A DNA stretch of 64,000 nt from NCBI GenBank assembly GCA_030747075.1, contig JASLLL010000009.1, positions 14,148-78,147 on the forward strand. The letters are read 5' to 3'. This document shows positions 1-9,522 of the stretch, in pieces (the stretch's first letter is position 1; every line of letters begins with the position of its first letter). The notes beneath the pieces were generated by a model. It did no database searches. It was not told where the DNA came from and saw only the letters and a list, made by a program, of their open reading frames with translations. Source of the DNA: Gemmatimonadota bacterium. GTDB lineage: Bacteria; ARS69. Position numbers and translations under genes: made by a program.

Positions 1-467
1 TCTCGGGCAGCGCCACGGATCCTTTTGTGAACACAGGAACGGCGGCTTTTGGCGTGGGTTTCTTCACGCTCCACTTCGTGTGTGACTCTGACGGCATGTC
101 CGCTGCCGAGTTTGACATTGGCGGAACCATGACCGTTTATGCGTTCACCCCGCTGAACGGTTACCTGAACGCCGGTGGCGCCACCAACCTCATGCTTGCC
201 GTGGGTGGCTGCCCGGTGGGTCCGCTGGCTGCCGGCACCGTCATGGCGCTGGACCTCGGTGGAGCGATCTACCCGATGGACTCCGCCGCGAACGCCCTCA
301 ATGTGACGGTGAACTGTGCCGCCACGGATATGTTTGACAACAACTACATCGGCTACTCGACCGACGGTTCGGCTCCCGTGTCGAACGTTGCTGACGCTTC
401 CGCTCTCTGCGTCGGAACCGGTGTGGAGCCCTCCAACTGGGGCGCCATCAAGGGTCTGTATCGCTAG
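1..467 (+). CDS. Secreted protein, C-terminal 'WGxIKxLYR' tail family (5' end runs off the window start)
   Basis: The ORF is in frame from nt 3 with no stop; the upstream in-frame residues (..TDPFVNTG..) align with the downstream paralog (..DDPFANTG..). It is clearly paralogous to 607..1170 across its whole length and ends ..SNWGAIKGLYR-stop. Confidence 0.6.
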   Translation, partial: SGSATDPFVNTGTAAFGVGFFTLHFVCDSDGMSAAEFDIGGTMTVYAFTPLNGYLNAGGATNLMLAVGGCPVGPLAAGTVMALDLGGAIYPMDSAANALNVTVNCAATDMFDNNYIGYSTDGSAPVSNVADASALCVGTGVEPSNWGAIKGLYR

Positions 468-606
468 TTGATACGCTCTTTTGTGAAGTATTGGGGGCTT
501 CCTTCGGGGAGCCCCTTTTTTTTGAGTTCGGGCGGGATGAGAGGGGGATGCGCGGGGCGCGCCGGGCTGCTGCCATGCGCCGGTGCACTGGACGAAAGGA
601 GGCGAC

Positions 607-1170
607 ATGAAGCGTTTCGCGGCTCTTTCCGCAACGCTGCTGGTCCTCATTCTGGCAGGCGGCGCGGCAGCCGAGGTCCACGGCTGGACGATCTCGGGCA
701 GAACGGACGATCCCTTCGCCAACACGGGCCCTCCCGCGAACGGAATCGTCTATCTCACCCTCTGGTATGCCTGCCCGTCCGACGGATGGTCGGCAGCGGA
801 GTTCGATCTCAGCGGATCCATGACCGTCCTCGGATTCATTCCGAACAGCGCATTTTCTGTTCTGAACTCGGGGGGCGCCGAGAATCTGTTTCTGGCGGTC
901 GGTGGTTGTCCGAGCGGCCCCATGCCCGCCGGGTCCATCGTGGCGCTGGACTTCGGCGGGACTCTCTGCATCGTGCCGAGTGCGGCGAACGGGCGCAATG
1001 TGACCGTAAACTGCGATCCCACGAATCCGCAGGCGTTCAACAACCTCTACACCGGATACGCCAGCGACGGGTCCACTCCCTGCTACAGCGTGCCGCCTCC
1101 GCATGAGGTGTGTATTCCGGTCTTCGCGGAGGAGTCCCGCTGGGGGACGATCAAGAGCCTGTATCGCTGA
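607..1170 (+). CDS. Secreted protein, tandem paralog of the preceding gene, C-terminal 'WGxIKxLYR' tail family
   Basis: ATG at 607 is preceded by AAGGAGG 6 nt upstream. N-terminal signal peptide MKRFAALSATLLVLILAGGAAAEV. It is a paralog of the 1..467 protein and ends ..SRWGTIKSLYR-stop. Confidence 0.65.
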   Translation: MKRFAALSATLLVLILAGGAAAEVHGWTISGRTDDPFANTGPPANGIVYLTLWYACPSDGWSAAEFDLSGSMTVLGFIPNSAFSVLNSGGAENLFLAVGGCPSGPMPAGSIVALDFGGTLCIVPSAANGRNVTVNCDPTNPQAFNNLYTGYASDGSTPCYSVPPPHEVCIPVFAEESRWGTIKSLYR

Positions 1171-1609
1171 CACGGTGCTCTGAAAGAGGTTGTCGGGGAG
1201 TGGATTGGTTGTGTTGCAGAGATTGTTGTCGGGGACCAAGGGCCGGGCTTTCGGGCCGCGAAGAGAGCCGCCGGGGCGCACGACAGCCTACTCAGATGTG
1301 TATCTCATTATAAGGCCACAGGTTGGACGCTGCAGAACGCGAGCCCCGGCTCTCAGGCGAACCAGAACCCGCCTGGTCCATCCCCCCGGGGAGGGGGCGT
1401 GTCTGGGGAATCCAGTGCTATTGGCATTCAATCCGCCGACAAACCGGCCGATCCGGCCGTTCCCCACCGGATTCGCATGCGCGGTCAACCGTGCGCCGGG
1501 CACACGAAAGTGTGTCAGAAAGGGAACTTAGCGCGACGGAGACGCCCGGAGGGCGGCGCGGGGCAGAACAACAATCTTCGCGACACAACTTTCGGGACAC
1601 AACCCCGGG

Positions 1610-2242
1610 CTATCGGTGGGAGCCGGGCATGACTTCGCGGAGAGCATACGCCAGCAGGCGCGTCATGCGTTCCATTTGCCGGGCGTGGTACGGTTCGTCG
1701 GAGGATGCCCACAGGAACACGGCGGCGGCCGGGACGGGTTCGATGGTCTTCCCCCGGTTCACCCGCGCGGTGAGCAACTCCAGGAGATCCTCGACGGCCC
1801 ACGCGTCGGGGGGGAGCCGGTCGAGATCCTCCCACACTTCGCGAATGTGATAGACGACCTCCTGAATGTCGTGGAGCGCGGCTCCCTTTCGCAACAGATC
1901 CCGGGCAACTCGCTCCACTTCCAGCAGCTCCAGAAAGCTCCCTGCAACGGGGGTCGCACGAACCCGGCCCCGCTTCCGGAACGACTTGGGAAGGGCTGCC
2001 ATGGCGGCTTCCACCCCCTCGAAACCCAGCCACTTGAACGCCCCGCGGATCGGTCCGCCATCGTAGCCGGTGGACCAGGCCTCGGCATACTCGCTCGGGC
2101 CGGAACCGGGGGGAGGCGGTGCCCACGGGGGCGAGACCTTCCCGAACCGGGAGAGCTCGCGCAGGTGTCTGGGCAGCGGCTGGCGCAGGAACGCCTCGAC
2201 AAGCGGAGGCGATGATCCGCGAGGATTCCGGGTTCGAGGCAT
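1610..2242 (-). CDS. Hypothetical protein (about 210 aa)
   Basis: ATG on the minus strand at 2242 is preceded by AAGGAG 8 nt upstream. The amino-acid composition looks like a normal protein, not the Arg/Pro/Gly-rich kind seen in spurious frames. I recognise no domain. Confidence 0.45.
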   Translation of the reverse strand: MPRTRNPRGSSPPLVEAFLRQPLPRHLRELSRFGKVSPPWAPPPPGSGPSEYAEAWSTGYDGGPIRGAFKWLGFEGVEAAMAALPKSFRKRGRVRATPVAGSFLELLEVERVARDLLRKGAALHDIQEVVYHIREVWEDLDRLPPDAWAVEDLLELLTARVNRGKTIEPVPAAAVFLWASSDEPYHARQMERMTRLLAYALREVMPGSHR

Positions 2243-2394
2243 ATTCCGCTCCTTCCGCGAGTCCAGGGGGCGTACCGGGCCCAAGCCCGCAGCACGCCGT
2301 CTGCACCAGCAGAAGCCGCCCGATGCTCCCGAGGGCGGATGAGCCACGAACGGGGCCGAGGGGAGGATTGAGATACCCTCAACGCAAGGCACCC

Positions 2395-2560
2395 CAACGA
2401 GTTGCCGAATCTCAACCGGGGTTTCCCTCGAGTTCGGCCGGTCCGTTCGCCTGAATCAAGAATCCCACGCGACTTGGAAGAGGGCAAGGGAAGATCTGCC
2501 TCGCTCCGAGGAGGGAGCGGTTGATCGAAGGGGGAAATCCCGCCTGAACGGGCCGGATTG
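2395..2560 (+). promoter_or_regulatory. Candidate 5' leader / possible TPP (THI-box) riboswitch upstream of thiC; not confidently recognised
   Basis: There is a ~440 nt untranslated gap before thiC, and thiC is normally riboswitch-controlled. I see a partial match (GGGGAGGAUUGAGAUACCCUC resembling the GGGG..CUGAGA..ACCC core). I cannot find the ACCUGAUC..AAUGCC..GCGUAGGGA half. Confidence 0.2.
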
Positions 2561-2686
2561 GCCCAAACCATGCTGTTTCGAAGAATGTGGATCTTCCGGG
2601 GCGATCCACTCCGCGTCCTATGGACCGCAACGGGGGAATCCCCTAAAGTGCGGCATGGAGAGCTTCATTACCCCGGAGAAACGATC

Positions 2687-4174
2687 ATGGATACGCGCAA
2701 CCCTGAGAATAGCGGAAAGATCGGCCCTGTAGAGCCCGATCACGGCCCCGGCTACGGTCGCCTGGACGATATGGACCCGGATCTTCGCCCCCGGGCGGAG
2801 TGGGTGGAGGCTCGACGGGGGGATCCCGTCCGAACGCAGATGCACTATGCCCGGAAGGGACTCGTCACCGAGGAAATGTGGGTGGTTGCCGGGCGGGAGC
2901 GCCTGGAACCGGAGTTTGTCCGGGATGAAGTCGCCCGTGGACGGATGATCATTCCCTCCAATGGGAACCATCTCAATCTGGTCCCCATGGGGATCGGCAT
3001 TCACGCCCGATGCAAAATCAACGCGAACATCGGGAACAGCGCGGTGACTTCAGACGCCGACGGGGAAATCGAAAAGCTCCGACGCTGCATTCGCTACAAG
3101 GCGGATACGGTGATGGACCTCTCCACAGGCGGGGACATTGCTGGAATCCGCGACGCCATCATCCGCCGCAGCCCCATTCCGGTCGGTACGGTTCCGCTCT
3201 ATCAGGCCATTCAGGAGGTGCGCGCCGTCGGGGAACTGACGCCGGAAGGGCTCCTTGCCGTGATCAGGTCTCAGGCCGAGCAGGGCGTGGACTACATGAC
3301 GATCCACTGCGGCCTTCTCCGGGAGCATCTCCCGATGGTGTCGGGGCGGATCACCGGCATTGTGAGTCGCGGCGGGTCGCTCATGGCACAGTGGATGATG
3401 GAGCACCACCGCCAGAACCCGCTGTTCGATTGCTACGACGAGATTCTGGAAATCTGCCGGGAGCATGATGTTTCCCTCTCGCTCGGGGACGGGCTTCGCC
3501 CGGGGTGCCTGCACGACGCTTCCGATGACGCCCAGTTCGCGGAACTCGAGGTCCTCGGGGATCTCACACGGCGCGCCTGGGCGAAGGATGTCCAGGTGAT
3601 GGTCGAAGGGCCGGGGCACATTCCCATGGATGAAGTGGTGATGAATGTCGAGCGCCAGCAGGAGTCGTGCGATGAAGCTCCGTTTTATGTGCTGGGCCCC
3701 ATCGTGACCGATGTCGCCCCCGGATATGATCACATCACCTCCGCGATCGGCGCGGCCATGGCGGGGCAGGCCGGTGCGGCGATGCTCTGCTATGTGACCC
3801 CGAAGGAGCATCTGGGGCTTCCGGACGCGGGCGATGTGCACCAGGGGATCATCGCCTACCGGATTGCCGCGCATGCGGCGGATGTCGCGCGCAAGCGCCC
3901 GGGCGCACGCGACTGGGACGATGCGCTCTCCCGTGCGCGCTACACCTTCGACTGGAACGAGCAGTTTGATCTGTCGATGGACCCGGACACCGCTCGGTCC
4001 ATGCACGACGAGACGCTCCCCCAGGATGTATTCAAAGGCGCGGAGTTCTGTTCCATGTGCGGCCCGAAGTTCTGTTCCATGCGGATCTCGCAGCAGGTGG
4101 ATGAGTACAATGCCCGTCAGGCCGGGATGGAAGCGCCCATGCGGTTCCGGGAGTCTGCGGAGACGGCGCCCTGA
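2687..4174 (+). CDS. thiC: Phosphomethylpyrimidine synthase ThiC
   Basis: ThiC hallmarks are present, including the C-terminal [11 protein letters not shown] Fe-S motif and the MDLSTGGDI and HCG segments. ATG at 2687 is preceded by GGAGAA. Confidence 0.9.
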   Translation: MDTRNPENSGKIGPVEPDHGPGYGRLDDMDPDLRPRAEWVEARRGDPVRTQMHYARKGLVTEEMWVVAGRERLEPEFVRDEVARGRMIIPSNGNHLNLVPMGIGIHARCKINANIGNSAVTSDADGEIEKLRRCIRYKADTVMDLSTGGDIAGIRDAIIRRSPIPVGTVPLYQAIQEVRAVGELTPEGLLAVIRSQAEQGVDYMTIHCGLLREHLPMVSGRITGIVSRGGSLMAQWMMEHHRQNPLFDCYDEILEICREHDVSLSLGDGLRPGCLHDASDDAQFAELEVLGDLTRRAWAKDVQVMVEGPGHIPMDEVVMNVERQQESCDEAPFYVLGPIVTDVAPGYDHITSAIGAAMAGQAGAAMLCYVTPKEHLGLPDAGDVHQGIIAYRIAAHAADVARKRPGARDWDDALSRARYTFDWNEQFDLSMDPDTARSMHDETLPQDVFKGAEFCSMCGPKFCSMRISQQVDEYNARQAGMEAPMRFRESAETAP

Positions 4175-4203
4175 TCCGGCTGCGTGCTGAGGGGAGGCTT
4201 CTC

Positions 4204-4824
4204 GTGAGCAAGATGCGTCACAGGCACCGGCTGTACGCGTGCGCGCTTCTTGCGTGGGCCGCAGTGCCCTTCGCGGCGGGATGCGGCGGAGACACCTTCG
4301 ACCCCGGGGGGGTTCCCCCGCCGGACATCTCCACGCCCGGCGGGCTGATCCGCGCGCTGGAAGAGCATTACAGCTACCAGAGACCTGACAACGCGCTGGC
4401 GCTGCTTCACCCCGACTACACCTTCACCCCGGCGCGCCCGGATTCCATCGACTGGCTGGCCGGTGCGCCCTCCTGGGACCGGGACGCGGAGGAGAACATC
4501 CTGGAGGATCTCCTCGATGGTGTCCGTGAAAGCTGGATCGATCAGGTGCTTCTGGAAGTGGCGGTGGACTCCGTGGCTCCCGCGACGGACCCCGATTCAC
4601 TTCCGGTCGGGGCCACCGTGAGCGTTCACACGCGGGTGGATCTGTCCCTGCTTCTGCCCGGATCGCACTATCAGGCCGGCCATTCGAAGGTGGTCTTCGT
4701 CTGTCGCAGAGAGGACAACGGCGACTTCCTTCTTCTGGAGGAGCGCGAATCCGTGGAACTGGAAGCAGACCGGACGGTCGGGGAACTGAAAGCGGTGTAC
4801 TACGACACTCCGGAGGGGGGTTGA
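4204..4824 (+). CDS. Hypothetical lipoprotein
   Basis: Signal peptide plus lipobox (..AVPFAAGCGG). No domain recognised. The start could be GTG at 4204 or ATG at 4213. Confidence 0.55.
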   Translation: MSKMRHRHRLYACALLAWAAVPFAAGCGGDTFDPGGVPPPDISTPGGLIRALEEHYSYQRPDNALALLHPDYTFTPARPDSIDWLAGAPSWDRDAEENILEDLLDGVRESWIDQVLLEVAVDSVAPATDPDSLPVGATVSVHTRVDLSLLLPGSHYQAGHSKVVFVCRREDNGDFLLLEERESVELEADRTVGELKAVYYDTPEGG

Positions 4825-4826
4825 GC

Positions 4827-5867
4827 ATGGCCGGCATGGGGGCCGTGGTCATGCGCGACTTTGGCGGCCCGGAGGTTCTCGAATGGGCGGAGGTCCCGCG
4901 GCCCGTCGCGGAAGGTGATCGTGTTCTGGTGCGCGTCGCCGCATGTGGGCTGAACCATCTGGATCTTTGGACCCGGAGCGGACATCGCGGCCGGTCCATT
5001 CCTCTCCCGCACATTCTCGGAAACGAGCCGGTCGGTTTTGTGGAAGAGGTGGGGCCGCGCGCGGAAGGGGTTGCACCGGGCGACTTCGTGGTGGTCGCGC
5101 CCGGGTTCCTCGATCGATTCCGTGCCGATCGATCCGGCTGGGACACTCGGTACCCGGAATACGGCGTCATCGGGAACCGCGCCCCGGGCGGCTACGGGGA
5201 GTACCTCGCCGTTCGGGCGGAGCATGTCGTGCGCGTGTCGGACCGGTGGTCGCCCGAAGAGTGGGCCGCCACGCCGCTCGTCTTCCTGACCGCATGGCAC
5301 ATGCTGGTCGGTCGCGCGCGCCTCCGGCCGGGGGAGACCGTGCTGGTGGTGGGTGCGGGCAGCGGAGTCGGGTCATCCGCCGTGCAGATCGCCCGGCACT
5401 TTGCCTGCCGCGTCATCGCGACCGCGGGCACCAGAGAGAAGCTCTCGGCCGCGAAAGAACTGGGAGCGCACGCGGCCGTTCTCCACGGGCAGGACGCGTG
5501 GTCCGCGGAAGTTCGGGAAGCCTCCGGCGGGCGCGGCGTGGATGTGGTCGTGGAGCATGTCGGCGAGGCCATCTTCGAGGACGCCGTGAAGACGCTTGCG
5601 CACGGGGGGCGCCTCGTGACCTGCGGAAGCACCACCGGGCCGTCGGCTCACCTCAACCTGACGCACCTTTTCGCGAAGCAGCTCTCCATTCTCGGGAGCT
5701 ACATGGGCGACCATGCGGAACTGCTCGATGTACTGCGGCTTCTGGATGCCGGGAAGCTGAAACCGGTCGTGGACCGCGTGTTCCCGGTTCGCGAAGCCGC
5801 GAAAGCCCACGCCCGCATGGAGAATCGCGAACATTTCGGCAAGATCGTTCTGCGCCACGGGGCCTGA
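4827..5867 (+). CDS. Zn-dependent alcohol dehydrogenase / quinone oxidoreductase (MDR superfamily)
   Basis: GroES-like N-terminal domain plus Rossmann GxGxxG (VLVVGAGSGVGSSAVQIA). Typical QOR layout. The start is uncertain; the track ORF begins at 4821. Confidence 0.8.
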   Translation: MAGMGAVVMRDFGGPEVLEWAEVPRPVAEGDRVLVRVAACGLNHLDLWTRSGHRGRSIPLPHILGNEPVGFVEEVGPRAEGVAPGDFVVVAPGFLDRFRADRSGWDTRYPEYGVIGNRAPGGYGEYLAVRAEHVVRVSDRWSPEEWAATPLVFLTAWHMLVGRARLRPGETVLVVGAGSGVGSSAVQIARHFACRVIATAGTREKLSAAKELGAHAAVLHGQDAWSAEVREASGGRGVDVVVEHVGEAIFEDAVKTLAHGGRLVTCGSTTGPSAHLNLTHLFAKQLSILGSYMGDHAELLDVLRLLDAGKLKPVVDRVFPVREAAKAHARMENREHFGKIVLRHGA

Positions 5868-5880
5868 CCCGGGAGACCGA

Positions 5881-8544
5881 ATGAACCTCGATCGGATCCT
5901 GCGGGACGAAATCCTCCCCCGTGTGCAGAAGCCCAGCCGATACCTGGGAAACGAACTGAACGCCGCGCGCGCGGCTCCCGAACCGGGGGATGTCCGGATT
6001 GCGCTGGCATTCCCGGACCTCTACGACGTCGGGCTCTCCAATCTCGGCCTTCTCATTCTCTACGGGATCCTGAACCGCCTGCCCGGGGTCTCCGCGGAGC
6101 GCACCTACGCTCCCGCGGCTGACCTCGAGGAGAAGATGCGCGCACGCGGATTGCCGCTCTTCTCATGGGAGTCGCGGACCCCGCTTTCGGATTTCGACGC
6201 CATCGGCTTCACCATCCAGTATGAACTCTCCGCGACGAACATTTTGAACATGCTGGACCTCGCCGGGCTTCCCCTTCGCGCGGCGGATCGTACGGATTCG
6301 CACCCGCTGGTGCTGGCCGGAGGGCCGTGCGTCTGCAACCCGGAACCGTATGCGTACTTCATGGACGCGTTTGTGATCGGCGACGGGGAGGACGCCGTGG
6401 TCGAGCTGGCGCGGTTCCTCCGGGAGACGCGCGGGATGAAGCGGGTCGCGCGTCTGGATGCGCTGGCCGGACTCCCCGGCGTCTATGTCCCCGCGGTTCA
6501 CCCCACCGTGCGCGGGCCACACGGGCAGGTTCTCCCGGATCCATCCGGGCCGACGATTCGAAAGTCCGTCGTGGCCGATCTGGACGCCGCGCCGTATCCC
6601 ACCGACTACATCGTTCCCTACACGCAGCAGGTTCACGATCGCGCGTCGCTGGAGGTGCTGCGCGGTTGCACGCAGGGATGCCGGTTCTGTCAGGCGGGCA
6701 TGACCTATCGCCCCGTGCGAGAGCGCAGTCTCCCGACGCTGGACCGTCTGCTGACAGAGACGGTTCGGAAGACCGGCTACGACGAAATCTCCCTCGCCAG
6801 CCTCTCTACCTGCGACTACGGAAAGGTGAAGCACCTCCTCGAACAGTCCGTGCGGAGGCTCACGCCGCAGGGAGTGGCGGTGGCGCTTCCATCGATTCGA
6901 ACGGATTCCTTCTCGGTGGACCTTTCGGACATGGTGGCCGGGGCGAAGAAGTCCGGCATCACCTTCGCCCCCGAGGCCGCCACTGGGCGTCTGCGTGCAT
7001 TGATCGACAAGTGGATTCCCGACGAGGAGATTCTCGGCACCACCGAAGCGGTCTTCGCGCGCGGCTGGGAACGCGTGAAGCTGTACTTCATGATCGGGCA
7101 TCCCACCGAGACCGACGAGGATGTGGAGGCCATTGCGCGACTCTCGCGCGAAGTCCTCGCGCGGGGGCGGACGGTTCAACCGCGGGCGCAGGTGAATGTG
7201 AGCGTCTCCACCTTCGTGCCGAAGCCGTTCACGCCGTTCCAGTGGGAGCGGCAGATCGACCTGGAGGAAACGCGCCACCGGCAGGAGATTCTCCGGCGCG
7301 GAATGAAGGAGCGCGGGCTGCGGTTTCGTCCGCACGATGCATCGACGAGTTGGCTGGAGGGCATTGTCTCCCGAAACGATCGCCGCGTGGGCGACCTCTT
7401 CGAGCACGCATGGCGGGAGGGGTGCCGCCTCGACGGATGGAGCGAGCATTTCGACTTCGCGGCATGGCGCCGCGCACTGGAGAAATGGGGCGGGTCCCCG
7501 GAGGAGGCGTTGCGCGAGAGGTCCGTGGAGGAGCCGCTGCCGTGGGACCACATCGACATTCTCGTGAAGAAGGAGTTTCTGGCCGGGGAGCTTGAGAAGG
7601 CGAAGAGCGGTGTGCGGGAAGAGGCACTCACCGCGGACTGCCGGAGCGGATGTCACTTGTGCGGCGTGATTGATGAGGAGAAGGAACTCTGCAACCGGAT
7701 GATCCGCACCGCAAAGGCCGGGAAGAAGGAATCCGCCGAGTGGGTGTCGCGGGGTCCGGTCACCGGGCCGTGGACAGAACCGGTCACGGGCACGATCCGG
7801 TTCCGTTTTACGAAGGCTCCCGAGGTGGCGCTTCTGTCGCACCTGGAAGTGCAGACGGCGCTGGGGCGGATGCTGCGCCGCGCGGAGATCCCTGTCGCGT
7901 TCACGCAGGGGTATTCGCCGCATCTTCGTCTGGCGCTCTCCGACGCGCTTCCCGTCGGTATGGCCAGCGACGCGGAGTACGGGGATGTGCGCCTGCGTCG
8001 GTCCATGTCACCGGACCGCTTCGTGGAGCGCATGCAGGCCGCCGCGTCTCCGGGGCTTGGCGTGTCGGCCGCGCGCACGGTGTCCGCCGACGCGCCGTCG
8101 CTCTCCTCCCGCATTGCCGCCGCCCGCTACCGTGTGGGCCTCGGGCGGCTCGGCATCCCGGTCGACGACGCGATGGACAAGGTGGCGGCGTTTCTCGCCC
8201 GGGAAGAGGTGGTGGTCGAGAAGCTCGTCATTCGGAAGCGGCGTGAGAAGATCGTCCGCGTGGACATTCGTCCGTTCACGCGGTCTCTGGTCGCCGGTGA
8301 GTCGGACGGCGAGGCCGTGCTGGATGTCGTGCTGGGCCGCCGGTCCGGGAACCTCGTCCGGCCGAAGGAGATTCTGGCGGCACTTTTCGGGATCGACGGA
8401 GACCGGCTACTCGACGCACGGGTTCACAAGCGCGACTCTCTCGTGGAGTTCGACGGGCGGCTCGTATCCGTCGGGCAGGGGTGGGCTGTGTCGGGCCGAT
8501 ACGACCCCTGGGAGAGGCTGCCGCAGGAAGGGGGCGTGGCGTGA
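5881..8544 (+). CDS. Radical SAM protein, TIGR03960-type B12-binding-like radical SAM fused to a TIGR03936/DUF2344-type C-terminal domain
   Basis: CxxxCxxC in LRGCTQGCRFCQAG with an N-terminal B12-binding-like region. The C-terminal ~250 aa resemble the DUF2344 partner, which is usually encoded adjacently or fused. Family assignment is from memory of this architecture. Confidence 0.7.
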   Translation: MNLDRILRDEILPRVQKPSRYLGNELNAARAAPEPGDVRIALAFPDLYDVGLSNLGLLILYGILNRLPGVSAERTYAPAADLEEKMRARGLPLFSWESRTPLSDFDAIGFTIQYELSATNILNMLDLAGLPLRAADRTDSHPLVLAGGPCVCNPEPYAYFMDAFVIGDGEDAVVELARFLRETRGMKRVARLDALAGLPGVYVPAVHPTVRGPHGQVLPDPSGPTIRKSVVADLDAAPYPTDYIVPYTQQVHDRASLEVLRGCTQGCRFCQAGMTYRPVRERSLPTLDRLLTETVRKTGYDEISLASLSTCDYGKVKHLLEQSVRRLTPQGVAVALPSIRTDSFSVDLSDMVAGAKKSGITFAPEAATGRLRALIDKWIPDEEILGTTEAVFARGWERVKLYFMIGHPTETDEDVEAIARLSREVLARGRTVQPRAQVNVSVSTFVPKPFTPFQWERQIDLEETRHRQEILRRGMKERGLRFRPHDASTSWLEGIVSRNDRRVGDLFEHAWREGCRLDGWSEHFDFAAWRRALEKWGGSPEEALRERSVEEPLPWDHIDILVKKEFLAGELEKAKSGVREEALTADCRSGCHLCGVIDEEKELCNRMIRTAKAGKKESAEWVSRGPVTGPWTEPVTGTIRFRFTKAPEVALLSHLEVQTALGRMLRRAEIPVAFTQGYSPHLRLALSDALPVGMASDAEYGDVRLRRSMSPDRFVERMQAAASPGLGVSAARTVSADAPSLSSRIAAARYRVGLGRLGIPVDDAMDKVAAFLAREEVVVEKLVIRKRREKIVRVDIRPFTRSLVAGESDGEAVLDVVLGRRSGNLVRPKEILAALFGIDGDRLLDARVHKRDSLVEFDGRLVSVGQGWAVSGRYDPWERLPQEGGVA

Positions 8545-9494
8545 GCCGTGCGCGTGTGCTGGGCTTTGACATTGGCGGGACGAATGCGAAGGCGGTGCTG
8601 GCGGACAGGACGGGTCGCGTTCTGGCGCGTTCCAGGCGGGAGACTTCCTCGCTCGGAGCGAAGGGGGTGGAGGTGGCGCCCGCGCTGGCCGAGTGGGCGC
8701 GCGAACTCACCGCCCGACACGGCATCCGGCCCCGGGCGGTCGGCGTGGCGTGCGCGGGACTGGTGGACGCGCGTTCGGGGCGTGTGGAGTCTTCGCCGAA
8801 CCTTCCCCACCTTCGGCGGCTTCGACTGGGCGATGCACTGGCCGGGGAACTCGGACGGCCGGTCCATCTTGAGAACGACGCGAACGCGCTGGCCTGGGCC
8901 GAGTTCCGCTTCGGTGCGGGAAGGGGCGCGCGGAATCTCGTGTGCCTCGCGCTCGGGACGGGCGTCGGCGGCGGGCTGGTGATGGACGGGCGGCTGCATC
9001 GGGGCGCGCACGGGCTCGGCGCGGAGCTTGGACACATGGTGGTAGAGCGGAATGGTCGCCGCTGTGCCTGCGGGCAGCGCGGGTGCCTGGAAGCGTACGC
9101 CGGGGCGTGGGCGATCACGCGGTCCGCCCGTCGTGCGCTGGCCCGGGGTGCTCCCGGGAGCCGGATGCTCGCCGTGCGCCTTCGCGGGGAGGACCCCACA
9201 CCGGCGGCACTCTCCCGTGCCGCGCGTGACGGCAGCGCGCTGGCCACGGCGCTCTTCGCCGAAGCCGGGCGCGCGCTTGGTGTGGCGGTGGCGTCGCTCG
9301 TTCACATCTTCGACCCGGACCGCGTGTTGCTGGCAGGAGGCGTGTCGGCTGCCGGTCGGCTTCTTCTGGACCCGGCGCGGGAGGAAGCGCGAAGCCGCGT
9401 CATGGATCCGACGGTGCAAAAGCACGGACTGCGACTGCGGAAACTCGGCGACGACGGGGCGGCACTCGGGGCGGCGCTTCTGGCGATGGAGTGA
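8541..9494 (+). CDS. ROK family sugar kinase (glucokinase / N-acetylglucosamine kinase-like)
   Basis: ROK motifs LGFDIGGTNAK, LENDANALAWAE, GLGTGVGGGLV and CACGQRGCLE. GTG at 8541 overlaps the upstream TGA (GTGA), suggesting translational coupling. Confidence 0.8.
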   Translation: MSRARVLGFDIGGTNAKAVLADRTGRVLARSRRETSSLGAKGVEVAPALAEWARELTARHGIRPRAVGVACAGLVDARSGRVESSPNLPHLRRLRLGDALAGELGRPVHLENDANALAWAEFRFGAGRGARNLVCLALGTGVGGGLVMDGRLHRGAHGLGAELGHMVVERNGRRCACGQRGCLEAYAGAWAITRSARRALARGAPGSRMLAVRLRGEDPTPAALSRAARDGSALATALFAEAGRALGVAVASLVHIFDPDRVLLAGGVSAAGRLLLDPAREEARSRVMDPTVQKHGLRLRKLGDDGAALGAALLAME

Positions 9495-9522
9495 TCGCCC
9501 ACGACAGGGCCCGGGGCCTGTG

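Noticed and set aside
1171-1609. 440-nt gap after the second LYR-tail gene, checked for tRNA/ncRNA or a terminator hairpin
   Set aside because: No cloverleaf-like arrangement or convincing stem-loop. GGGCCGGGCTTTCGGGCCGC looked hairpin-like, but the arms are not complementary.
1616-2215. Plus-strand 199-aa ORF overlapping the minus-strand hypothetical gene
   Set aside because: Gly/Pro/Arg-rich. The minus-strand frame has a strong RBS-ATG and protein-like composition.
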